Positions 45,419 through 53,231 of a stretch of DNA of 64,000 nucleotides are shown here, piece by piece (positions within the stretch are counted from its first letter, which is position 1; each line of letters starts with the position of its first letter). Position numbers and translations under genes: made by a program. The notes beneath the pieces were generated by a model. That model made no database searches. It had not been told where the DNA came from and saw only the letters and a list, made by a program, of their open reading frames with translations. Source of the DNA: a virus (taxonomy: Duplodnaviria > Caudoviricetes). The stretch covers positions 1-64,000 of the IMG/VR virus record IMGVR_UViG_3300044656_000252. One strand, 5' to 3'.

Positions 45419-47905
45419 ATGACCGCGCCAGCCACCCAGGATGCGCCGCCGACTGACGAGAAGCCGGCCAAGGCCAAGAAGCAGAAGCCCGAGGCGACCC
45501 CGCCGAAGCGCGGTCTCGGTGACGCGCTGCGCGAGTTCGAGCCGGACTTGCGCTGGTTCCTGCCGGCGGTCGCCGCCTGCCAGGCGTACACGCTGGCGGC
45601 GATTCCGGTGTGGACCGGGCTGCCGTCCTGGGTGCTCGTCGCGCCCGGCGTGGCATCGACGGCGGCGGGTGTGTGGCTGGCCCGGCACTTCTACAAGGCC
45701 GTCGAGTACGGGCACGAGCAGCGGCGCGCGGCGCAGGCCATCGCGGTCGGCGCCGGCGTGCTGATGACCGCGTGGATGGTGTTCGCCGGCAGCGGGAACC
45801 CGCTGCGGCCGGTGGCGCTTGGCGCGCTGCTGCTGGTGGCGTTGGTGTGCGGGGCAGCGTTCGGCGCCCTGCACACCCGGGCCCCGTCGGTGAAGGCCGA
45901 GGTCGAGGCCAAGCGCACCGAGGTCATCGAGGCCAACTCGGAGCGCGTGGCCGAGGTCGAGCTGGCCAAGACCCGGGACGAGTGGCAGGAGATCGCCGAC
46001 CAGGCCCGACCCGGGTGCGGCATCACCGTCGTCGGCCGGGCGGACCAGCCGGGTGGCTTCTACGTCGACTTCGCTGACAACCCCACCAAGCCGATCAAGT
46101 GGGTGGGATTCTGCGACATGGTCGGCTCGATGCTGTCGATCGCCTCGGCGCGACTGGCGCCGTCCGGGATCGTCCTGTCTGAAGGCGACCTGAGCCCGGA
46201 GCAGCCGGAGGGTATGCCGGCGCACCTGTTTCGGCTGCACGTGTTCACGTCGAACGAGTTCGCCCAGAGCCTGCCGTACCCGATGGACCGGCCGGTCGGC
46301 ACGATCGTCGAGCCGCGGATCATCGGCCGCTACAAGGACATGTCGCCGCTGGGGGTGTGCCTGTGCGGCAACCACGGCGTGATGTGCGCCGGCACCGGCG
46401 GCGGGAAGACGGTGTGCGCGAACTGCCTGATCGCCGGGGTGCTCGAGTGTGGCGACGCCGAGGTGTGGATGGGTGGCACGTCGAAGCTGACGCCGTTGGC
46501 CTACCCGTGGCTGCTGCCGTGGCTGCTGGGTCGCACCACCCGACCGGTGATCCAGTACGTGTCGGGTGAGGACCCGCGCAGCGTCACCGAGATGCTCGCT
46601 GAGCTGTACCGGGAGGCGAAGCGCCGCAACTCGAAGCTGGGCCGCCGGTCGAAGCACGCGCCGTCGAAGGACGAGCCCGCGCTGGTGTGCTTCATCGAGG
46701 AAGCGTCCGACCTGCTGATGAACCACAGCGAGGTGCGGGTCCCCACGTTCGACGGGCACAGTTGGAACGCCTCGCAGATCTTGAACGCGATCGCGCAGAT
46801 CGCCCGCGCCGCGAGCATCTCGATCTTCCTGCTGACCCAGTTCGGGATCATGGACGCGCTGGGCACCCACGGGTCGCTGATGCGCCGCAACCTGACGATC
46901 CGAATCTGCGGCCGCACCTACACCTACAGCGATGGCCGGGACATCCTGACCGCGATCAGCGCACCTGACACGACCAAGCTGAAGGACAACACGCTGCTGG
47001 TGCAGCCCGCGATGGAGGAGCCGCGGGTGATGGCGGCGAAGGCGTACTTCCTGGACGGGGCGGAGACGATCGGCCCGGTCGCCGAGAAGTACACAGCACG
47101 CCGCACGGAATGGGAACCGCCGCTGGCTGGTGACGCTTTCCGCGAGCGGTGGAGCGCGCTGCGGCTGCCCGAGTTGGCCGCTATCGCAGCGGATGAGGGT
47201 CTATCGTGGCCCGGAAGTGTGCACACAGGGTCACGAGCCGCGGAGGTAATTGATCAGCCGGCGCTGCCGGTCGCGGCTCCCGATAAGGGGAGCGACACCA
47301 TGTCGGATGATGTGAAGGCGATGCTGAGCGATGCGCAGGCCCAGATGGATGTGGCGATCGAGTCGGCCCGCAAATACGGCCCGCTCGGCCCGCTGATGGG
47401 CGAAGTCTTCAACAAGGTGAATGCCGAGAACGCTCCCGAGTTCATTCCCGCCGGACAGCTCGCGTACGGCCTGGGGCGTGTCCTCAAGGACGGGGACTGG
47501 GACACGGCGGGGGACACCCTGGCCGGGGAGCTGGCGGGGAAGCCGTGGTACCTGTCCCCGACCCGTCAGGAGGGGACGTTGGGGTGGCCGCGGGACCTGA
47601 TCCTGGGGACGATCCGCGCGTTCCTCGAGGGACGCCCTGTCCCCGGCGAGGGGACGACCGAGGGGACGGACCTGTCGGCTGGGGAGACCTTGGGGGTCTT
47701 GGTGCGGGAGCTGGCCGGGGACGACCGCGAGTTCGTCACCGCGGTCGACGCCGCCGCCATGGTCGGGATGAGCGCGGCGGCGTTGCAGCGGATGCTCGAG
47801 GGCGAGCCGTTCAGGCTGCCGATGCAGCGACCCCGCACGGTCACGGATGGTGAGCGGCCGCGTGGCTGGTTCGTGGCGGATCTGCGCCGCGCTGCTGGCA
47901 TGTGA
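45419..47905 (+). CDS. traB: FtsK/SpoIIIE-family conjugative DNA translocase (TraB/TraSA-like)
   Basis: N-terminal TM helices; Walker A HGVMCAGTGGGKT; Walker B VCFIEEA; LTQ; RRNLTIRI; C-terminal wHTH-like ..RPRGWFVADL. Confidence 0.8.
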   Translation: MTAPATQDAPPTDEKPAKAKKQKPEATPPKRGLGDALREFEPDLRWFLPAVAACQAYTLAAIPVWTGLPSWVLVAPGVASTAAGVWLARHFYKAVEYGHEQRRAAQAIAVGAGVLMTAWMVFAGSGNPLRPVALGALLLVALVCGAAFGALHTRAPSVKAEVEAKRTEVIEANSERVAEVELAKTRDEWQEIADQARPGCGITVVGRADQPGGFYVDFADNPTKPIKWVGFCDMVGSMLSIASARLAPSGIVLSEGDLSPEQPEGMPAHLFRLHVFTSNEFAQSLPYPMDRPVGTIVEPRIIGRYKDMSPLGVCLCGNHGVMCAGTGGGKTVCANCLIAGVLECGDAEVWMGGTSKLTPLAYPWLLPWLLGRTTRPVIQYVSGEDPRSVTEMLAELYREAKRRNSKLGRRSKHAPSKDEPALVCFIEEASDLLMNHSEVRVPTFDGHSWNASQILNAIAQIARAASISIFLLTQFGIMDALGTHGSLMRRNLTIRICGRTYTYSDGRDILTAISAPDTTKLKDNTLLVQPAMEEPRVMAAKAYFLDGAETIGPVAEKYTARRTEWEPPLAGDAFRERWSALRLPELAAIAADEGLSWPGSVHTGSRAAEVIDQPALPVAAPDKGSDTMSDDVKAMLSDAQAQMDVAIESARKYGPLGPLMGEVFNKVNAENAPEFIPAGQLAYGLGRVLKDGDWDTAGDTLAGELAGKPWYLSPTRQEGTLGWPRDLILGTIRAFLEGRPVPGEGTTEGTDLSAGETLGVLVRELAGDDREFVTAVDAAAMVGMSAAALQRMLEGEPFRLPMQRPRTVTDGERPRGWFVADLRRAAGM

Positions 47906-47955
47906 GTCGTGCCGCGGGTGCCCTCCGGTCGTGCTCGGCTGGAGGGCATCGCTGT

Positions 47956-48203
47956 GTGGACCACCGCGTGGACCGGGCGTGGGCCGGCGTGGTCGTCGGC
48001 GTGGACCGGGTGTGGACCACCGGTCGGTGTGGACCAGCCGGTCCATGGCCGGTGACCTGGGATGGTCCACGTTGTCAACGATGTCACGCGAGTGGTCCAC
48101 GTGGACCAGCAGGACAGGTGCCGCAAATACCTGACCTGCGGAAACAGTCGCAACACCCCCTGTGTCGGGTGGTCCACGCAAACAGGCGTGGACCGTGTGG
48201 ACC
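47956..48203. repeat. GTGGACC/GGTCCAC repeat array (clt-like locus)
   Basis: 8 forward copies (47956, 47968, 48001, 48012, 48029, 48101, 48188, 48197) and 3 inverted (48064, 48094, 48171), plus degenerate copies. Confidence 0.85.
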
Positions 48204-48224
48204 ACAAGCGAGGAGCACACGCTG

Positions 48225-48980
48225 ATGATGGGCCGAACGCACGCGTTGTCCGGGTGGTGCGCGGGGCTACTGGTGGCTCCGTTGCTCGGCGCGGCCAGCC
48301 CGGCGCAGTCACTGTTAGTGGCGGCGACGGTGGCCGGCTGGAGTCTGGCGCCGGACCTGGATCACCCGGGCGCGGTGGCGACGCGGTGGGGCGGCTGGGT
48401 GACGGGCTGGTTGTCGCTGGCGCTGCGGGAGCTGTCGGCAGTGGCGTTCGAGGCGACGCGGACTCCCCGGGATCGGGACAGCGAGGGGACGCACCGGCAC
48501 CTCAGCCACACCTTCGTGTTCGCCGCGGTGGTCGGCGGGGTCACCGCGCTGGGGACTGCCCTGTCCCCTTGGTGGGGAGTGCTGCTCCCCGTGACGGTGG
48601 GGACTCTGCTGGCCGGGAGGTCCCTGGGGAGGTGGGTGCTGGGGGCGGGGGCTGTCCCCGTGGTGTGGGGACTCCTGGCGGGTGGGGACGAGCTGTCCCC
48701 CGTGCGCGGCTGGATCGGCGTGGCGGTCGCTCTTGGGTGTGTGGTGCACATCTTGGGGGATGCTCTGACGCGTGCGGGTGTGCCGTTCTTGTGGCCGCTG
48801 CCTATTCGTGGCCAGCGGTGGTTCCGGATAGCCACTCCGTATGGCCTGCGCTTTCGTGCTGGTGGTGGTGCTGAGCGTCTGCTGGTCTTTCCGTTGTTCG
48901 TTGTCTTGGGTGTTGCTCTCTTTCCGGGTGTTCTGTCGGTCGCTGTCGGTGTGGTGACCGGTGCGATAGGGGCTCGTTAG
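48225..48980 (+). CDS. YdjM-like membrane metal-dependent hydrolase
   Basis: MMGRTH..LAPDLDHP..HRHLSHT..HILGDALT..GVP.LWP. Confidence 0.88.
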   Translation: MMGRTHALSGWCAGLLVAPLLGAASPAQSLLVAATVAGWSLAPDLDHPGAVATRWGGWVTGWLSLALRELSAVAFEATRTPRDRDSEGTHRHLSHTFVFAAVVGGVTALGTALSPWWGVLLPVTVGTLLAGRSLGRWVLGAGAVPVVWGLLAGGDELSPVRGWIGVAVALGCVVHILGDALTRAGVPFLWPLPIRGQRWFRIATPYGLRFRAGGGAERLLVFPLFVVLGVALFPGVLSVAVGVVTGAIGAR

Positions 48981-49035
48981 CCGCGCACCGTCAAAGCCTT
49001 TTGTTGCTCCATTCGTGTGGCGTCGGACTCAGGTC

Positions 49036-49065
49036 TTGCGCTAGGCACCCATGGGTGCCTAGAGT
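49036..49065 (+). promoter_or_regulatory. Sigma70-type promoter with a perfect 22-bp palindrome in the spacer
   Basis: TTGCGC-18-TAGAGT; CTAGGCACCCATGGGTGCCTAG at 49041-49062. Confidence 0.65.
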
Positions 49066-49109
49066 AGTTCGTGTCAGGCCACAGAGAACCAGCCACCAAG
49101 GAGACCGAG

Positions 49110-49460
49110 ATGAGCAAGTTCCGGGGCGACTACCAGGACACCGACAACGGCGAGCTGGCCGACCTGATCGGCGACGAGCCGGGACAGCCCGGAATGGTGC
49201 GAGTCCGCTTCTTCGACGGCAGCGAGGACATCATGCCGAAGGCCATGTTCGAGTGGCAGTTCGAGTACTCGCCGGTCGAGGATGACGACGACGAGTGGAC
49301 CGACGAGGACGAGGCGCGTGTGCAGGCGTGGCGCGACCGGGAGGCCCGGAAGGCGGCCGAGGTCCAGGAGCGCATCCACCGCGAGTGGTTCGCCCGCTAC
49401 GGCAAGCACTACCCCTGCTGCGACTGCACCTGGATGCCTGCGGAGCTGGCGGCGGCCTGA
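49110..49460 (+). CDS. Hypothetical protein
   Basis: SD AAGGAG. Confidence 0.7.
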   Translation: MSKFRGDYQDTDNGELADLIGDEPGQPGMVRVRFFDGSEDIMPKAMFEWQFEYSPVEDDDDEWTDEDEARVQAWRDREARKAAEVQERIHREWFARYGKHYPCCDCTWMPAELAAA

Positions 49461-49511
49461 CGGCGAGGGGCCCGGTATCGGGCCCCTTCCCTCCCAGCAG
49501 GAGAGACGATC

Positions 49512-49859
49512 ATGACCGACAAGCACGAGCCGACCGCCTTCGACGAGGTGCTGGCCTGGTTGGACACGCTGCCGCCGATCCAGCGTGCCAGGTGGCTGGG
49601 CGCGCTGCTGGACACCCGGAACGCGAGGGGGCTCACCGCTGTCCGCGTGGACGCCATCTACGAGGAGACCAGGAGGCGCACGTACGACGAGGTTGCGGCT
49701 GAGCTGGGCGTGTCGCGGTCGGCGGTGCGGAATGCCGTGAAGGCTCACAACGAGCGGCTGACGGTGGCCGGCGAGCATGGGCTGGCGTCTTGGCCTGACG
49801 CTACTGAATCGACACAGAACATCGCGGCGCGAGGCGCCCAACGTGAGGAGCAGCAGTGA
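49512..49859 (+). CDS. HTH DNA-binding protein
   Basis: RTYDEVAAELGVSRSAVRNAV. Confidence 0.75.
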   Translation: MTDKHEPTAFDEVLAWLDTLPPIQRARWLGALLDTRNARGLTAVRVDAIYEETRRRTYDEVAAELGVSRSAVRNAVKAHNERLTVAGEHGLASWPDATESTQNIAARGAQREEQQ

Positions 49860-50062
49860 AGGTGCCGACTGACGAGGAGCTGGCCAGCGCGCGGGTGTTC
49901 GTGCAGCGGGAGGGCGTGCAGGTGCCGATCGACGCCGACTGGTACGTGCTCACCGACGGCCGGGTGCTGGTCCGGCATCGGGCGACGGGCGGCTGGGAGC
50001 CGTCACTGTTCGACGCCGCCGCGGTCACGGCAGACGGCGGGGACTGGGTACTGAAGCCGTAG
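49856..50062 (+). CDS. Hypothetical protein
   Basis: GTGA coupling. Confidence 0.6.
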   Translation: MKVPTDEELASARVFVQREGVQVPIDADWYVLTDGRVLVRHRATGGWEPSLFDAAAVTADGGDWVLKP

Positions 50063-50113
50063 ACAACTGGTGCGCTGCGCCCCTGACCTTGCGGGTCGGG
50101 GGCGTTACCGTAT

Positions 50114-50386
50114 TCAGCGCTTGATCGCGGCCAGCGCCTGCCCTGGCGTCCAGCAGGGGTGTTCGGTGCGGCGGAACTCGACGGGCTTCAGCGGCGGCCT
50201 GACCGGCTGCGCTCGGCTGGCGGTGAGGGCGTCGGCGGCGTGCTGGTGCACGTCGCGTCCGTGAATGGTCTCGGGCAGGTGCTGGGCGTCCCAGCGGGCG
50301 CAGGCGAGCTCGTGGTCGCGCTCCTCGTCGGGTACATCGAGCTCGGCGGCGAGGCGGTGGTATTCGGCGGCGTCCATGCAGGTCAT
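50114..50386 (-). CDS. Hypothetical protein
   Basis: ORF track; divergent from GntR. Confidence 0.55.
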   Translation of the reverse strand: MTCMDAAEYHRLAAELDVPDEERDHELACARWDAQHLPETIHGRDVHQHAADALTASRAQPVRPPLKPVEFRRTEHPCWTPGQALAAIKR

Positions 50387-50452
50387 CCTGCGCCGACGGG
50401 TGGCTGCGCATCAAGGTTTGAGTTACGCAACTATCCTAGCTAACCTAGTGGA

Positions 50453-50878
50453 ATGAGGACAATCGACCCTAACGACCCCACCCCGGCGAGCCGGCAAATC
50501 GCCGACGCCATCCGCGACGCGATCCGCACCGGCGAGATCGCCGAGGGCGAGCGCATCCCCGGCCAGGCGGCGCTCATGGCCCACTTCGGCGTCGCCAAGG
50601 GCACCGTCGACACCGCCCTCACCGCCCTCAAGACGGAGGGCCTGCTGATCGGTCGGCAAGGCGCGGGCGTGTATGTCCGGACGAGCACGAAGGACGGCAC
50701 CGCCGAGGTTGAGCGATCCGCCACGGTGCTCTACGACGCCAGCCTCGGTGCCCTGACGGTGCGGCTCGATATGACTGACGACGAGCCGCCCGGCGACTTC
50801 TGGATCCGCTCGGTCAGAGTGAAGCTCGTATATCCGGAGGGCTCGTCCAACTGGGGCGAGCGGTACCTCTCTCGCTAG
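50453..50878 (+). CDS. GntR-family wHTH regulator without UTRA domain
   Basis: QIADAIRDAIRTGEIAEGERIPG..FGVAKGTV..L.TEGL..GRQGAGVYV. Confidence 0.88.
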   Translation: MRTIDPNDPTPASRQIADAIRDAIRTGEIAEGERIPGQAALMAHFGVAKGTVDTALTALKTEGLLIGRQGAGVYVRTSTKDGTAEVERSATVLYDASLGALTVRLDMTDDEPPGDFWIRSVRVKLVYPEGSSNWGERYLSR

Positions 50879-50894
50879 CGCGCGTCGAATACAG

Positions 50895-50929
50895 AGCGGC
50901 CCCGCTCCGGGGGAGAGAGCGGGGCCGCT
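50895..50929. terminator. Stem-loop between convergent transcription units
   Basis: AGCGGCCCCGCTC...GAGCGGGGCCGCT 13-bp stem. Confidence 0.75.
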
Positions 50930-50941
50930 GGCGGGGTCCTG

Positions 50942-51067
50942 TTATCGGGGTGTCGCGGTCCCGCCGATCACCCGGCCGTCGGCCGAGCGGGTGGTGGTGA
51001 CGTCGTAGACCACGCCGCCGCTCGTCTGCGTGCTGGCGGTGGTGTGCGTGCCGTCGTTCTCGGCCAT
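50942..51067 (-). CDS. Small Thr-rich hypothetical protein
   Basis: Read by eye; GAGGAG upstream. Confidence 0.35.
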   Translation of the reverse strand: MAENDGTHTTASTQTSGGVVYDVTTTRSADGRVIGGTATPR

Positions 51068-51069
51068 GG

Positions 51070-51585
51070 TCAGCACTCCTCAGTGGATGGTTGGTGCTCG
51101 GTGGCGTGGATGAGGTTGATGGCGGCGGAAACGGTCTGCGGGAGCGTGGTGCAGACCGGGACGGCGTGGAGCTGAGCCACCCGTATGAGGTAGCGGTTGC
51201 GCTCCGGGTTCGGACAGTCCGGCGGGCAGCCCAGCACGACCTGCCGGCGGGCGGCGACGTCGTAGCCGAACTCGACGTTGGTCGTGAAGCCGGGCATCAG
51301 GCGCACGTCCCGCGGGATCCAGAACAGGACCACGGCCGTCCGGTAACGGGCCGCCATCTCCCAGTCCGTCTGGTCCTCGTAGCGGGCCGCCCGCACGCCA
51401 CCGCGGCTCTCCGGCGACAGCACCGCCAGCGGCTCGTCCCCGAGCCACGTGGCGGCGAGGGCTGCGGCTGCGTCCGGCCGCCACGACGGCACACCCGAGC
51501 CGCGTTCCGGGCTGGGGCCAGCGAGAAACACACTGGGCCCGTCAGGGATGGGCTCGCGGGCCATGACGAGTTGGATCTCACCCAC
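51070..51585 (-). CDS. Nucleoside 2-deoxyribosyltransferase-like protein
   Basis: SVFLAGP..SWR..YEDQTDWE..VVLFWIPR..GFTTNVEFG. Confidence 0.82.
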   Translation of the reverse strand: MGEIQLVMAREPIPDGPSVFLAGPSPERGSGVPSWRPDAAAALAATWLGDEPLAVLSPESRGGVRAARYEDQTDWEMAARYRTAVVLFWIPRDVRLMPGFTTNVEFGYDVAARRQVVLGCPPDCPNPERNRYLIRVAQLHAVPVCTTLPQTVSAAINLIHATEHQPSTEEC

Positions 51586-51952
51586 GGCGGGTCTCCTCCT
51601 TGGTCTGCTGGGGTGTCCACGGCAGCGGCAGCCCGTCGCCGTCGGTGCGGGTGATGACGTGCACGTGGAGATGGAACACACTCTGGGTGGCGGCCACGCC
51701 CTTGCTGGTGATGATGTTGGCGGCTTGCCGCTCGGAGACGAGTTCGGCGGCCCGGGCCATGACGGCAGCCGTCACCGCGGGGTCCTCGCCAGCGTCGGCG
51801 ACGTGCACACGCGGGATGACGAGGACGTGACTGGGGTTGACGCCGCCGCCGCGGGGCCGGATGGCGACAGCGTCGACCCACTGACGATGGAAGGTGGCGG
51901 GCGCACGGCCGGCGACGATCTCGCAGAACGCGCACACGGTGCTGGCGGTCAT
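51578..51952 (-). CDS. HIT-family nucleotide hydrolase
   Basis: CAFCEIV..HVLVIPRVH..ATQSVFHLHVHVI. Confidence 0.92.
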   Translation of the reverse strand: MTASTVCAFCEIVAGRAPATFHRQWVDAVAIRPRGGGVNPSHVLVIPRVHVADAGEDPAVTAAVMARAAELVSERQAANIITSKGVAATQSVFHLHVHVITRTDGDGLPLPWTPQQTKEETRRG

Positions 51953-52021
51953 GGGTTGCACCTCAGTGTCGGGTGTGGGCTGGTTGCTGGGGAAGGTGTT
52001 TCCCGTTTCCTAACTGGACAG

Positions 52022-52480
52022 TCAGCCGAGCGGGGCGACCATGAGCAGCCCGGCGCCGAACAGGAACAGGATGTGCGCCATCTGGTCGAGGAACGGTGCG
52101 CCGCCGTCGTCGTAGTAAGCGAGCTTGCCGGGGATGACCTTGTCGAGGGCGGCCATGGCGGCGCGGAGGGTGTACCGGCGGTCGATGACGAGGTGGCTTC
52201 CGGACGACAGCAGGTGCGCGGCGATGAAGGCGGTCAGGGTGATCGGCAGGTGCAGTGCGAGCGCGACGCCACTGGTGGTGGTGACGGTGGCGATGGTGTA
52301 GCTGGCGACGTGGCCTACGGCGGCGCGCCAGCCGGTGAGCGTGTCGCGGTGGTCCGGGTGGTCGTGTCCGGGGTGGTCGCCTTTGTGGTCGGCCTGCCAC
52401 TGGGACTGGAGCAGGTAGTCGCCGAGGTGGTGGCCGACGAGCAGGGCTACGAACAGGGCGGCAAACGCGGCGGCGGTCAC
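52022..52480 (-). CDS. DUF3307-like membrane protein
   Basis: GHHLGDYLLQSQWQADHK..H..SHLVIDR..DQMAH. Confidence 0.78.
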   Translation of the reverse strand: MTAAAFAALFVALLVGHHLGDYLLQSQWQADHKGDHPGHDHPDHRDTLTGWRAAVGHVASYTIATVTTTSGVALALHLPITLTAFIAAHLLSSGSHLVIDRRYTLRAAMAALDKVIPGKLAYYDDGGAPFLDQMAHILFLFGAGLLMVAPLG

Positions 52481-52848
52481 CGGTCGCTCCTGTCGGAGTC
52501 GTCGAACACAATATCCTCGATTTGCCGCAGTACCATCGTGGCGGCCAGGTCGGGGTTGGCCACGATCCACGCGGCGAGCTTCTGGGCGCGGACCAGCTTC
52601 GTCTTGTGGAACTGCGTGCCGCGCCCGGCCGGACCGAGGAACCGGCCCTCGCTGCCCTGCGAGGTGCGCTCGTCGCCTTCGTGGAGGTGCCACTCGTTGG
52701 TGCCGGACCAGCCGGCCTTGCCGAGCCACGCGGAGTGAGCGGCAAGGGTCCAGGGCTTGCCGTTGTGTTCGGTGACGTAGACGCCTTCGCCGATCTGTCG
52801 CCATTCGAGGGCGGCGGGTGGGTTCGCGGGCGTGTCGTTGGCGGTCAC
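52477..52848 (-). CDS. Hypothetical protein
   Basis: Coupled ORF. Confidence 0.6.
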   Translation of the reverse strand: MTANDTPANPPAALEWRQIGEGVYVTEHNGKPWTLAAHSAWLGKAGWSGTNEWHLHEGDERTSQGSEGRFLGPAGRGTQFHKTKLVRAQKLAAWIVANPDLAATMVLRQIEDIVFDDSDRSDR

Positions 52849-53231
52849 GGGTTCCTCCGGAGCTGGCTGCCGTCGGGCAGCGTGGGCGCGGTGCGGGTGA
52901 AGGGCGGGACGTTCGAGCAGGGCGCGTGCTCGGCGAAGAACCCGGCGGGGTTGCCGCACGCCCAGCACGGCCGAACGGTCGTCGGGTCGTGCTGGCGGGG
53001 TGGCCAGAGGCATGGCCACTCGGCGCCGGACCAGCCGCCGTCGATCTGGCGCTCGTCGATGCGCCACAGTTCGACGCCGTCGTGCAGGTGCTCGGCGACC
53101 TCGTCATCGGTGAGCGGGTCGAGGCGCGGCGCGTCTGGCGGTACGACCGGCGGTAGGTCGGGGACGGGTGGTCTCGGTCGGGTCATGACGCCCAGCAACG
53201 CGAGCAGCGCCCGGCCGACGAACGCGATCAC
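52845..53231 (-). CDS. Hypothetical protein
   Basis: Coupled ORF. Confidence 0.55.
   Translation of the reverse strand: MIAFVGRALLALLGVMTRPRPPVPDLPPVVPPDAPRLDPLTDDEVAEHLHDGVELWRIDERQIDGGWSGAEWPCLWPPRQHDPTTVRPCWACGNPAGFFAEHAPCSNVPPFTRTAPTLPDGSQLRRNP

Noticed and set aside
47956-48203. CRISPR array
   Set aside because: Repeats are 7 bp, irregularly spaced and in both orientations, with no unique 30-40 bp spacers and no cas genes.
42347-48980. Type IV or type VII secretion system
   Set aside because: Single ATPase domain; no relaxase, VirB4, WXG100 or multi-domain EccC features seen.
40726-52025. Shared AACTGGACAG at 40726 and 52012 as a regulatory motif
   Set aside because: Only two or three short copies; cannot be separated from chance without statistics.
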